64,000 nucleotides of DNA from an uncultured Planctomycetota bacterium (GCA_963841915.1 CAWJEN010000006.1:1312001-1376000), one strand, 5' to 3'; counted from the first letter of the stretch, positions 22,343 through 33,911 are shown. The notes: generated by a model not told the origin, from the sequence alone. Numbers and translations are program-made.

Positions 22343-23053
22343 CTACACGGCGTCGGCGGCAGCGCGACGCTGGCGGCGGGCCTCCTGGAGGCGTTCGTTG
22401 AGCTCGGCCCGCCGACCCGCCTGCCGCTCCCGCTTCGCGGCGGCGGTCAATCTAGCGATCTCCTTGTCCAACGCAACTACGCGTGTCAGTGCATCGCGAC
22501 GCTCGGCCGACGCTTCGGGTGTGCCGGCCCCGTCGCGTGCGGGCACTCGCCCCGTCGCGTGCCACGCGATCACGCCGAGTACCGCGTCGGCCCATCGCCG
22601 GTGCAGATCGCCCAGCGACGTTGCCCGGTCGACCGCCAGCAGCGCGACGACCTCCGGCGGCAGGGACTCGGGCACCTCGCACGCGAGAACCTCCCCGAGG
22701 CCGGGCTTGATGCTGAGGGTCACGGCTTCGGGATGATCGACGTGGTCGACCGCCAGGAGCAGCGGCGCGGGCACCACGCGGTGCAGCAGCGCGAGCAACC
22801 GGGGCGGCGGCGCGGGCGGTCCGTCACGCGTGGTGAGTCTTGCGACGACCAGAGAGGGCGTGCCGTCAGCGGGTAGTCCGGTGGTGCCGGCGTTGAGGGT
22901 GGCATGCCAGAGGAGCGACTCGACCCGTTCGTTGACGAGGCGTCGGTCGGCCGCCTTGTCGAGTTGGTCGACCAGCGCGGTTTTGGGGACGCGCTCCCGC
23001 TGCACCGCCGCGGCGGGCAGGCCGAGGCCGTCGAGCAGGTCACCGGTCTTCAA
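22343..23053 (-). CDS. DUF4391-like protein
   Basis: LGLP..A...RVPK, LLHRVVP.P.LL, C-terminal coil EIARL..AAKRERQ..RRAELN; position between SNF2 helicase and mod is typical of this family. Confidence 0.8.
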   Translation of the reverse strand: MKTGDLLDGLGLPAAAVQRERVPKTALVDQLDKAADRRLVNERVESLLWHATLNAGTTGLPADGTPSLVVARLTTRDGPPAPPPRLLALLHRVVPAPLLLAVDHVDHPEAVTLSIKPGLGEVLACEVPESLPPEVVALLAVDRATSLGDLHRRWADAVLGVIAWHATGRVPARDGAGTPEASAERRDALTRVVALDKEIARLTAAAKRERQAGRRAELNERLQEARRQRRAAADAV

Positions 23054-26000
23054 GCCGCGGCCTCCCCGCCCGCGTGATTCGCCTCCGCGTCGCGGTGGTC
23101 GGGGGGCAACACGGCGAGGTAGGCCAGGACCTCGAAGTCGCCGCCGGGGCGGGCGTCTCGTCGGCCGGTGTGAGCGGACGCCGCGGCCAGGGCGGCGGCG
23201 TTGAACAGCCCCTTGGCCCGTTGCTCGTCGCTCTTGCCGCGGACGGCAGCGGTGGCGGTCGCCAGGGCGCGGGTCACGGGCGTCATGTCACGGCCCTTCT
23301 TCGTTAGCTTCTCGAAGGCGGCCACGGCGGCGGGGTCGACGACGTCGCCGCGGCGGACGCGAGCCGCAGCACGTCGAAGATGGCGCGGGTGCGCGTGTGG
23401 GGGCTCAGGACGGTCGTGCCGTCGAAGGAGACGTGAACGGCGTAGTGGGGGGCGAGCGGGTAGTCGGCCGTGTGATGCGTTTCATCCGGGTCCTCGTCAC
23501 TTCGGAGGCAGAAGACGAAGCCGGGCGGGACGTGCTCGGTGGCGAAGCAGGCGGCAAAGGTGCCGGGCGGCTCTGCGGCGAGGCGATCGGGGTTGGCCCG
23601 CTCGAAATCGCCGAGGTCGACGCGGAAGTCGCTCAGCGTGAGGTCGGCGATGCTCACGCCCGCTGAGAGGTCTTCGAGGTCCACGACGCTGTCCTGAAGC
23701 TTGAGGAGCTGTCGTCGGCGATACGGCAGGTCGTTCATCGCGTTGTCGGTCGTGGTGCTGAAGAGGTCTTCTTCGCCGGTTGCCGAGACGTCGAGCAGGG
23801 TCATGCGGCCCGAGACGCGGGATTCGAGGTCGAGGTACTGCTCGATCTGCATGTTGGGCCAGAAGTTGGCCAGCTGGATCTGCGTGTTGGGGCTGCCCAG
23901 ACGGTCGATGCGGCCGAACCGCTGGATGATGCGGACAGGGTTCCAGTGGATGTCGTAGTTGACGAGCCAGTCGCAGTCTTGGAGGTTCTGCCCCTCGCTG
24001 ACGCAGTCGGTGGCGATGAGCAGGTCGAGTTCCCCCTCGCCGGCGTCCTCGGGCGAGCGCTGCTTGGCTCGTGGGGCGAAGGCGGCGAGGATGTCGGCCT
24101 GCTTGGTGCGGCCCTGTCCGAGGGTGGAGCGGTTGTCGTTGCCGCCGGTCAGCAGGCCGGTCTCGACGCCCTGCTGCTTCGCCCAGGCGTGCAAGTGGTC
24201 GTAGAGGTAGACGGCCGTTTCGGCGAAGGCGGTAAAGACGATGACCTTGCGGTTGGGCTTGCCGTCGACGTGGTTGATGGGCTCGTCGTACTTGCGCTGG
24301 AGCATCGCCGCAGGTCGGCGAGTTTGGCGTCGCGGGCAGGTGCGACCTTTTGTGCGGCCGCAAGGAGACGGCGTAGGCGGTCACGATCATCCTTGAGCTC
24401 GCCGGCCCCACTTGATGAGGTCCATGTCCTTCAGGAGGACCTTGACGCCCTTGCCGACGGCAAGCTGCTCGACGAGCGGGTCGTCGAGTTCGAGGTCGGC
24501 GATGTCGGGCGAGTCGACATCCTCCTCAGCGTTGTGGCTTTCGATCTTCGAGAGCAAGGCCTCGACGTCGGCGAGCTGGCGGCCCAAGGTGAGCTGGAAG
24601 CTGTGGACGCTGCTTTCAAGCCGTTTGAGGACATTCACCCGCATCAGCGAGGTGAGAGAGGTTTCGCGGTCGAGCTGGTTCCAGATCGTGCCGCGGCTGG
24701 TCTCGGTGGCGTATTTCTTCTCATAATCGTCCACCTTGCCGGGCAGCAGGTATTTAAGAGGAGCGAACGCGGCGAGGTTGAGCAGCGTGATGTCGCGGTT
24801 GAGCTCCACGACGCTCGCCATACCTCCCTGGGCGGTGGGTACGGCGTCGAGCTCGGGCCTGCGGTTGATGGGCGGCAGGCGGTCGGGGAACTCGCCGGTC
24901 TCGACGGTGCCGTAGTAGCGCTCGACGTGCCGGCGACTGCGGGCAATGGTGAGCAGGTCGAGGAGCTGGAAGTAGCTGAACCCGAGCATGTCGACGAGCT
25001 TGCCCGGCGTGCGTTCGGCATCGTCGAGGGCGAGCCAGCCGTTGAACTGCTGCTGGGCGTGTCGCGTCGCCGCCTTGATGCTGGGGATGCCCTCGGCGGC
25101 GAGCGCGTCATCTTCACCGCTGACGGCGAACGCGACCTGATTGCGCAGGTCGGCGAGGCGGTTGTTGACCGGCGTCGCACTGAGCATCAGCACCCGCGTC
25201 TTGACGCCCGCCTTGACCACGTCGTCGAGCAGGTGGTCGTATCGGGTGGGCTGGCCCTTGCGCGGCGACTTCTTGTTGCGGAAGTTGTGGGACTCGTCGA
25301 TGACAACAAGGTCGTAGTTGGACCAGTTGAGGTGCTTGAGGTCGATGCCGCCCGACTCACCGCGGTTGCGGGAGAGGTCGGTGTGGTGCAGGACCGTGTA
25401 GTTGAAGCGATCGTCGAGCAGGCTGTTTCGGCGGTCATTGAGCGTGTGGATCGTCCAGTTCTCACGCAACCGTTTGGGGCACAGGACCATCACGCGATCA
25501 TTCCGCAGCTCGTGGTACTTGATGACCGCGAGCGCTTCGAAGGTCTTTCCGAGGCCGACGCTGTCAGCGAGGATGCATCCACCGTGTCGGGCAAGCTTGT
25601 CGCACACGCCGACGACGCCGTCCCGCTGGAAGCGGTAGAGCATCTGCCAGACCTTTGTATTTTTGATACCGGTTCCTGCGTCGACAATGCGGTCCTCGTC
25701 GAGGCCGCCGTCGCCCGTGGCGAGTAGGTGGTGCAGAAACAGCGCATAAACGTTGCGGGGCGGGCGCGGCGATACGAGCGACGCCGCCGTGTCGGCCAGC
25801 GCCGCGGCGGCGGTCGGGGCCGGAGGGTGTGCGAACCACTGTTCCTCGAACCACGCCGCATACTGCGCTGCGGCTTCGCCTTCAAATGCCTGCACCATGC
25901 CGAGCGGGTTACCGCGAGCGAGGCCGAGGCCGGCGGTCGAAAGCGAGAGGCTACCGATGATTGCAGACTGAGCGATACCTTCCGAGTCGCGGATGATGAC

Positions 26001-26321
26001 TGTGCCCTGCGGGATGGCCGTTGCCGTACGCCGGACTTCGACGCCGCCGCTGCGAAGCCAAGCGGATAGCCGGAGCGAAAGCCGCTGCCCGGAGAGCGTG
26101 GATCTCAAGGCTTGATCCCTCTCATCCCCCAGCAGCGCAAGGTCCGAGTCTTCGGGAGGCAGCAGGAGTCTTACCCGCTTTACCGATGTCATCGCCTCAA
26201 TCGCGTCGAGACCGAACACCGAGGCGGACGCTGTGATAATGTCAACGCTCCCCGCTGCCGGCAGCAACTCGCTGAGCCGTTTAGCAACCGTGTCGTCGCC
26301 GCTATTTTTTAGTAGCCTCAC
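23050..26321 (-). CDS. SNF2-family helicase with N-terminal PLD-like domain (frameshifted)
   Basis: LYRFQRDGV, ILADSVGLGKT, VVIDESHNFRN, MLSATPVNN, KVIVFTAFAETA, LIATDCVSEGQNLQDC, NYDIHWNPVRIIQRFGRIDR across ORFs 24387-26378, 23304-24305 and 23050-23325. Confidence 0.9.
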
Positions 26322-26390
26322 TATGGGCAGCGACTGTATCGGCAGCGGCTTGCAATGCACATCGCCAAGTGCGTCCACCGCATATGGATT

Positions 26391-26481
26391 GTCGCTTGAG
26401 CCGCCGTTGAACCGTGGGTGGGGGCGGCGGCGGGACCGTCTGCAGGAGGTCGCGTCCCTGCAGGCAAGTTGTTTCGAGTAC
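26391..26481 (+). repeat. degenerate direct-repeat copy of the 3' part (27189-27271) of the downstream gene
   Basis: GTCGCTTGAGCCGCCGTTGAACCG...GGGACCGTCTGCAGGAGGTCGCGTCCCT vs GTCGCTGGAGCCGCCGTTGAACCG...GGGACCGTCTGCAGGAAGTCGGGTCCCT. Confidence 0.85.
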
Positions 26482-26526
26482 GGGGACCGAAAAGCGTCAA
26501 CGGGCCCTGCCCGTACACTCGCATCG

Positions 26527-27318
26527 ATGAGTTATCAGCGGGAACTAACGTGGCGGGAAGCGATCCAGCGGGTGCTGCGGGAAGCCGGCGAGCCGATGCA
26601 CTACGCAGACGTCGGCGACGAGATCGCCAAGCAGCAGCTGCGGACCAACCTAGGGGCAACGCCGGCGAGTACGGTGACAGCAGTCGTTACGACGGACGTC
26701 AAAACACACGGCACCGCATCGACGTTCCAGCGATTCGGGCCGGGGATGATCGGCTTGCGGGAGATCGTCGAGCAATCGACGCCGGAGGCAGCGGCGGAAG
26801 CGACCGCCGATGACACGACCACCGCAGAGCGGGCCGGCATCGTCCAGGCCCTCGGCATGTTCTGGCGACGCGACCGCGTCGAGTGGAAGGCGACGCCTTC
26901 GCTGATGGGACAGCAGCAGACCGGCAGCACGCCCGTTAACTTCGCCGACCAACGCGGCGTCTACCTCCTTCACGACGGCCGCGAGACGGTCTACGTCGGC
27001 CGCAGCGTTGATCGGCCCCTCGGCCGGCGGCTCTTCGAGCACACGATCGATCGGCTCAACGGGCGGTGGGACCGTTTCTCCTGGTTCGGCCTGCTCGCCG
27101 TCGACGAGGACGGGAGCCTGCACGAAGTCGCGAACGACTGCTTCGGCGACGCACTGATTATCGAGGCGATGGAGGCAGTCCTGATCGAGTCGCTGGAGCC
27201 GCCGTTGAACCGGCGGCGGGGGGACCGTCTGCAGGAAGTCGGGTCCCTTCAGGCGGCCGATCCCGGGTACGAGCGGCGGCAACGCGAGCAGCTTGTCATG
27301 TCGCTGTTGCAGCGGTAA
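26527..27318 (+). CDS. HARE-HTH domain plus GIY-YIG-like nuclease
   Basis: LTWREAIQRVLREAGEPMHYADV..GATPASTV..F.RFGPG (HARE-HTH); RGVYLLHDGRETVYVGRS...LGRRLFEH...WDRFSWFG (GIY-YIG-like); ATG at 26527. Confidence 0.8.
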   Translation: MSYQRELTWREAIQRVLREAGEPMHYADVGDEIAKQQLRTNLGATPASTVTAVVTTDVKTHGTASTFQRFGPGMIGLREIVEQSTPEAAAEATADDTTTAERAGIVQALGMFWRRDRVEWKATPSLMGQQQTGSTPVNFADQRGVYLLHDGRETVYVGRSVDRPLGRRLFEHTIDRLNGRWDRFSWFGLLAVDEDGSLHEVANDCFGDALIIEAMEAVLIESLEPPLNRRRGDRLQEVGSLQAADPGYERRQREQLVMSLLQR

Positions 27319-27357
27319 CAGCGTGAGGTGAGGCCGCGGAAAAATCTTCACGTCGCC

Positions 27358-27385
27358 TGAAGGCTTGCTGCACGTCAGCCGTTAT
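27358..27385 (+). promoter_or_regulatory. sigma28 (FliA)-type promoter
   Basis: TGAAG-N15-GCCGTTAT upstream of the 27458 gene. Confidence 0.45.
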
Positions 27386-27457
27386 CTCGGCTGTCGGCGG
27401 TTTCAGCGGCAACGTGGCCGTGCTCCCGACGCATCCGTCTACGAAAAGCAGGAAGGC

Positions 27458-28174
27458 ATCCCTTCGAAAGACGTCGTCCCGACGACCGACCGGGAGCTTC
27501 GCGACTTCGCGGAAAACTTCTACAACGTGTGTGCCGCCAACGCAGCGGCCTTCAATCTCGCCGAGCCCGTCATGACCCAGCTCGACCTGCTTTCCAGCGG
27601 CTACGTCAGCAAGCTCACCGCCGCCGTCGACCCGCAAACCCGCGGCGTCCGCACCGTTTACGAGAAGGACCAAGCCCGCAAGGCGCTCGTCACGCTGATC
27701 CGGAAGGTCGCCAAACAGATCAACGGCCTCATGGATGTAACGAACGACCAGCGACAGGCGCTCGGCTTGAACATCGCCGACACGACCCCGACCCGAATCG
27801 ATCCGCCGACGACGGCCCCCTACGTCCGCGTGACGGGTGTGAAGAACGGCGAGATCTTCTTCGAGCTGCGCCAGAACGGCGACCTGCGGGCCAAGCCGAC
27901 GAACGTCGCCGATGCGCTCGTCTTCACCTACGCCGGCGACGCCAGGCCCACGAGCATCAACCAGTGGAACTACGCGATGACGACGGGCCGCACGAACCTG
28001 TCGATGCCCTTTCCCGAAGGTGCCGGCGGCCAGACGCTTTGGATCACTGCATTCTGGACCAATGCCAAGGGGCAGAGCGGCCCGAGCAGCGAGCCGGTCA
28101 GCGTGAACCTGCCGGCCATCAGCGCCCGGCCGTCGCAGATCGACCAGCAGTCGAATCTGCGGATCGCGGCGTGA
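27458..28174 (+). CDS. hypothetical protein: helical plus FN3/Ig-like; paralogue of 2835-3524
   Basis: Aligns from IPSKDVVP (ATC at 27458 after AGGAAGG) with MPSRTNYLP of the paralogue; ends RIAA. Confidence 0.8.
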   Translation: MPSKDVVPTTDRELRDFAENFYNVCAANAAAFNLAEPVMTQLDLLSSGYVSKLTAAVDPQTRGVRTVYEKDQARKALVTLIRKVAKQINGLMDVTNDQRQALGLNIADTTPTRIDPPTTAPYVRVTGVKNGEIFFELRQNGDLRAKPTNVADALVFTYAGDARPTSINQWNYAMTTGRTNLSMPFPEGAGGQTLWITAFWTNAKGQSGPSSEPVSVNLPAISARPSQIDQQSNLRIAA

Positions 28175-28197
28175 GTGTTTGACGACCCAAAACAAAG

Positions 28198-28231
28198 AAC
28201 CGCCCCGCGAGCGTTGGCTCGCGGGGCGGTT
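28198..28231. terminator. bidirectional intrinsic terminator
   Basis: AACCGCCCCGCGAGC-gttg-GCTCGCGGGGCGGTT between convergent genes, with A-rich left and T-rich right flanks. Confidence 0.85.
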
Positions 28232-28255
28232 TGCGTCGGCTTGCCGATCGATCGA

Positions 28256-29798
<1,543 letters not shown>

Positions 29799-29808
29799 GG
29801 TCAGTTGT

Positions 29809-29982
29809 TCAGGAAGAGAGAAGTCGAAGTACCGCTCTGCCAGCGAAGCCAATCGCGTAGGCCAGAGCGAATGCTGAGAGAATGCAGAGAACGAGCGAGA
29901 AAACCCACAGCAGGATGAACTGCCAAAGCGGAATCCGACGTCGGAGCCGATCGGCAGAGTGCAACGTCTTCGAGCGGTGCAA
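29809..29982 (-). CDS. possible small single-TM protein (57 aa)
   Basis: TTG-started [60 protein letters not shown] fills the sahR-ahcY gap. Confidence 0.4.
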   Translation of the reverse strand: MHRSKTLHSADRLRRRIPLWQFILLWVFSLVLCILSAFALAYAIGFAGRAVLRLLSS

Positions 29983-29984
29983 GG

Positions 29985-30927
29985 TCAAGCAGAGCCTCCG
30001 CTGGCAATGAACAGCGCCGGCCCCTTCGCATCCGCCTCAGGCGGGAGGGGGACGACGCGGAGGTCGACCAACCCGGCCATCAGGTCGCGGACGGCGTCGG
30101 GGGAGAAGCCGCGGTGGCGTTGGCCCATGCGGCGACGGAAGTCGTCGCGGTCGTGGGCGAGCACGTCGACGATCACCGCCCGGCCGCCGGGCTTCAGCAG
30201 GCGACGCATCTCAGCGACGACGGCGGCGGGATCTTCGGTGTAGCTCAGGGCCAAGACGCAGAACGCGGCGTCGCACGTCGCGTCGTCCAGCGGCACGCTC
30301 GACAGCTCGGCCTGCTTGAGCTTGACGTTGTCCAGCGGCCTCAGCCGACGCCGGGCGGCCTTGAGCATCTCGGGCGAGGCGTCGATGCCGACGACTTCGC
30401 CGGCGAAGCGGGCGAGCTTGTTCGGTGAATTGTCCCCCGCCGCAGCCGAGGTCGGCGACGACGCGTTCGCGGGCAACAGGGCCAGGCCGGCCATGGCCTC
30501 AAAGCGATCGGCCGTACTGCTCGTCGCGGATCGCCTGCCAGTCGCCGGCGACGCCCGCGAAGAAGCCGTCGGCAGTGCCGCGGGTGGCGACGAACTGGCG
30601 AAGCCGCAGCCGATCCTGGTCGGCGGTCGCCCACGTGTCGCTCGCACCCCGGGCGGCAAGCCACAGGTCGCGGCGGGCCGGGTCGAGCTCGTCAAGGACG
30701 AGTCGGCTGTAGCCGGCCGTGCCCTCGCGGCGGTGGATGAGCCACCCGCCGTCGAGCAGCGTCTTAAGGTGTCGGCTGACGGTCGACTGCGGCAGTTGCA
30801 GGACGTCGGTCAAGTCAGCGACGGTCAGCTCTTCCGTCTCCAGTATGCGCAGCAATCGAAGCCGAGTCGTGTCGGCCAAGGTCGACAAGTGGTCGACGAC
30901 GGAGTTGGTGTCGGTGATGAGGGGCAC
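29985..30927 (-). CDS. sahR: ArsR-HTH plus methyltransferase-domain regulator (SahR-like), frameshifted
   Basis: LADTTRLRLLRIL..ELTVADL..LPQSTVSRHLK; SAM-binding domain VVGIDASPEML..RRLLKPGGR; upstream of ahcY. Confidence 0.85.
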
Positions 30928-30944
30928 AGGTGTTGGTTCAACCG

Positions 30945-30966
30945 TTCATCCGGCTGGACGGATGAA
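30945..30966. promoter_or_regulatory. palindromic operator, probable SahR autoregulatory site
   Basis: TTCATCCG-gctgga-CGGATGAA, 18-39 bp upstream of the sahR start; ATC-N10-GAT core. Confidence 0.65.
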
Positions 30967-31026
30967 TGTAGTGCATCGACACGTACTCGGCAAGGGCTTC
31001 ACGACAGTTCGAGTGAAAGCACGTTC

Positions 31027-32388
31027 CTAGATCGTGGTGCCAGACGAATCCGCTCCCGCCGGTTCCTGTACGAAGCTCAACAGCACCAACCCACCTAGCA
31101 GGAACGGTAACACGGCGAAGACCGCCAGCCGCGGGCCAAACATCGTGCCGACGCCGGCAAACAGCAAGGGGCCAAAGACGCTCATGGCCTTCGTGCCGAT
31201 CGCGTAGAAGCCGAAGGCTTCGTTCCGGATCTCGGGCGGCGTCAGCTTGCTCATGAGCGTGCGACTCGACGACTGCACCCCGCCGAGCACGAGGCCGATG
31301 AGCGAGCCGAGCATCGTGAACTGCAACGGCGTTTGCACGAAGTAGGTGCCGAACACGCCCACACACCACATGGCCAACGTCACCATGATGACGACTTTGC
31401 ACCCGAACCACTCGGCCACGTAGCCGCACACTGCGGCACCGACGAAGGCGACGACCTGCACGATCAGGAACATGATCGTCAGGTCCTTCACACCCATCAT
31501 CAGCACATCCTCGGCGAACGCGCTCGACAGGCTGATGACCGACTCGACGCCGTTGATGTAGACGAGGAACGCCAGGAGGAACAGGAACAGCATGCGGTAG
31601 CTCCGCAAATGCTTCAGCGTCCGTGAGACCTGAACGAACGGCCCGAACACACCCGGCGGCCTGGTGGCAGCGTCGGCGGCGGGTGGGACGGCGGGCATGG
31701 CCCAGAAGATCGGCAGGCTGAAGATCAACCACCACGCCCCCGCCGCGGCCAGGCCCAGGTGGTAGACGTAAGGGTCGTTGCCCAGAAGTAGCGGCATGAG
31801 CAACGCCGCGATGACGAGCATCACCGCCCCGCCGATGTAGCCGATCGCAAAGCCCCAGCCGCCCAGCTTGTTCTGACCCATAGCCCCGGCGACGACCGGC
31901 AGGTAAGCGTTGTAAAACGCGATTGACAAGCCAAACAAGTAGAAACTAAGGACATACAGCACCGCTGAGGCGACCCACGTGTACGCCCAGCCGGTCGGGA
32001 CAAGGACGTGCCCCATCGCCACAACCGAACCGGCCGACGCTGTCGCGACGAGCAACGGTCGCTGCCACCCCTTGGCGTCGGCGAGTGCGCCAAGCACCGG
32101 CGCGGTCAGTACGGTCAGCGTCGCCACGATGGATACCAGAATGGCAAAGACCGCGCTTCCCGGCACCTGCTGGCCCAGCAGATTCAGTCCTGTAACGACC
32201 ATCTGTTCGCCGGCAACGTCACGCATCGGCCAATCGGGCTGCTTGGGCAGCATCGATCCGACGAAGACGGCCGAGAAAAGGACGCTCCAGACAAGCCCGT
32301 AACCACTGTTGGCCCAGTCGTAAAGAATCCAGGCGACCTGCCGACGTCGGTCGTCTGCCTGAACCGGCGTCTCGTAGTCAAGGGTCAC
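31027..32388 (-). CDS. MFS transporter (UMF1/ATG22-like family)
   Basis: AWILYDWANS, PVLGALAD, FYNAYLP, GFAIGYIGG, GGVQSSSRTL..FGFY; GTG start overlaps the upstream stop (GTGA). Confidence 0.9.
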   Translation of the reverse strand: MTLDYETPVQADDRRRQVAWILYDWANSGYGLVWSVLFSAVFVGSMLPKQPDWPMRDVAGEQMVVTGLNLLGQQVPGSAVFAILVSIVATLTVLTAPVLGALADAKGWQRPLLVATASAGSVVAMGHVLVPTGWAYTWVASAVLYVLSFYLFGLSIAFYNAYLPVVAGAMGQNKLGGWGFAIGYIGGAVMLVIAALLMPLLLGNDPYVYHLGLAAAGAWWLIFSLPIFWAMPAVPPAADAATRPPGVFGPFVQVSRTLKHLRSYRMLFLFLLAFLVYINGVESVISLSSAFAEDVLMMGVKDLTIMFLIVQVVAFVGAAVCGYVAEWFGCKVVIMVTLAMWCVGVFGTYFVQTPLQFTMLGSLIGLVLGGVQSSSRTLMSKLTPPEIRNEAFGFYAIGTKAMSVFGPLLFAGVGTMFGPRLAVFAVLPFLLGGLVLLSFVQEPAGADSSGTTI

Positions 32389-33617
32389 GCCGCCAATGGT
32401 CGCGTTGTGGTGCCACCACGGCAAGCGGCTGTCGCGCCTTGCACACTGCCCAAGACCGCTTGGTCAATCGCCACAAGCGCTGCCGTCAGACGCAGCTGCG
32501 TGAGGATGCACTGCTTCAACGCGACGTTTGCCGAGCCGTGCCACAGCTTGCGGCTTGATGAACCACCGGCGGTTAGGTCTTGCGCCGTTATTGCCGCGAG
32601 CGGCAAGTCGCTCATGCCCAAGGTGTCCGGACCCAGATCGGCCAAACCCAGCACAAGTCGTGGCAAGGCCATCGCCCGCTTTTGACCGCTGGGCCGCCAG
32701 CCGGCCTCGGTCGGGGTCTGCTCAATCGGAAGTGTCCACCCACCACTGGCGACCAGTGTCGACTCTCGGCAAGCGTTGGCCTGTCGGGCGTCCGTCGTGC
32801 CCGGTGCCACTGGAACCACATTGAACATCAAGTGCGCCGCGTCGTGCCGGTACTCGGCCCTGGCCCCGGCGACGGCGACCGGTCTGCCGTCGATGCGAAC
32901 CTGCACGTCGCTGCCGTGCACTTGCTCGGCCAACTCCCACGCGCCCGCCGACTCATGGTGCAGACTTGCCGTAAAGCCCGCAGCAACACCCGACCGCTTC
33001 GACACCAGCACCACCTGATCCATGCGCAACGACACCCTGATGTCTAGCGGTGCGAGCTGGGAGGCGAGCTCTTTGACAAAGGCATCATCGGCGACAGAGG
33101 CAGTGACGGGCACAAGCACCGCAGCCGCTTTGCGCCTCTCGAATTTCGCAGCAGGAATAGGGGCAACACGCAGCGCTTCGACGGCGTCACCGGCCGCAGG
33201 TGGGTGGTTCCGACGGAGCGAGACCGAGGCCGGCGTGGCCTCACCCGTCGCCCGCACGTGAAACATCCGCTCGCTCACACCAGGCGGGACGGCCATCGTC
33301 GCCACGTCGATGTGGCTCAGCAAACGCTCGTCGGCCTTAACGGTGATCTGGTACGACCCGTCGAGCCGGCTGGTGCCGTCAGGCTTCTTGCAGGCATCCA
33401 GCGCCTGACGCGCAGCCGTCGCATGCTCAATCACCACGTCCACCGTTTCAGCACTGTCAGCGTCGCCGAACCACGCGACGACCTTGCCCAGCGATCTGAC
33501 GGCCTGAGCAGCCTGCTTTTGAAGCTCGAGAAGCTCACAACGCGCAGCGCGAAGCTCGGCCAGTGGCTCTGCAGGTGGAGGCGTCGATAGCTCAGCTGCG
33601 TGGTGTTCCTGACTCAC
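32385..33617 (-). CDS. hypothetical protein, possibly a highly divergent flagellin-like protein lacking terminal D0 regions
   Basis: 410 aa; RLDGS, LVSKRSG, GSDVQVRIDG, VASGG, LGLADLG..LG..QDLTAGGSSS..A..AL occur in flagellin D1/D2 order; sigma28-type promoter upstream. Confidence 0.45.
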   Translation of the reverse strand: MSQEHHAAELSTPPPAEPLAELRAARCELLELQKQAAQAVRSLGKVVAWFGDADSAETVDVVIEHATAARQALDACKKPDGTSRLDGSYQITVKADERLLSHIDVATMAVPPGVSERMFHVRATGEATPASVSLRRNHPPAAGDAVEALRVAPIPAAKFERRKAAAVLVPVTASVADDAFVKELASQLAPLDIRVSLRMDQVVLVSKRSGVAAGFTASLHHESAGAWELAEQVHGSDVQVRIDGRPVAVAGARAEYRHDAAHLMFNVVPVAPGTTDARQANACRESTLVASGGWTLPIEQTPTEAGWRPSGQKRAMALPRLVLGLADLGPDTLGMSDLPLAAITAQDLTAGGSSSRKLWHGSANVALKQCILTQLRLTAALVAIDQAVLGSVQGATAACRGGTTTRPLAA

Positions 33618-33722
33618 TGCGACCCGTTCCCTCTGGTTCGACGCTCAAGCGAAGCCTCGCCACGAATCGACGAGAAGAAGGCCCCCGAGTTGCACGCGTT
33701 CCACACGGAATACGTAAGATCC

Positions 33723-33750
33723 ATATCGACCGGCCACCTGCACGGCTTGA
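33723..33750 (-). promoter_or_regulatory. sigma28 (FliA)-type promoter
   Basis: Minus strand TCAAG-N15-GTCGATAT about 105 bp upstream of the 33617 start. Confidence 0.6.
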
Positions 33751-33911
33751 CGACGAATTTGCGGGAGCGTCGACACACACCGGCTCCCCGGCCGACCGTC
33801 CGAGAATGTGCAGCCGTTCGGCATGAACAAGCGGTCGTGGGGTGGCGTCCGATCTAAAGACACGGGCGGTTGCATTAGACCGTCACTTGCCTCGACCTGA
33901 CTCGCCCCGCC

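Noticed and set aside
128..26321. Calling the fragmented genes pseudogenes or programmed frameshifts
   Set aside because: The indels are numerous, sometimes compensating, not at consistent slippery sites, and also hit housekeeping ahcY, so sequencing error is more likely.
26391..27271. DGR template/variable repeat pair
   Set aside because: Differences are not confined to adenines, they include a 9-bp indel, and there is no reverse transcriptase nearby.
29799..29984. SAH or SAM riboswitch upstream of ahcY
   Set aside because: No recognisable riboswitch consensus; the gap is better explained by a small ORF and by SahR control.
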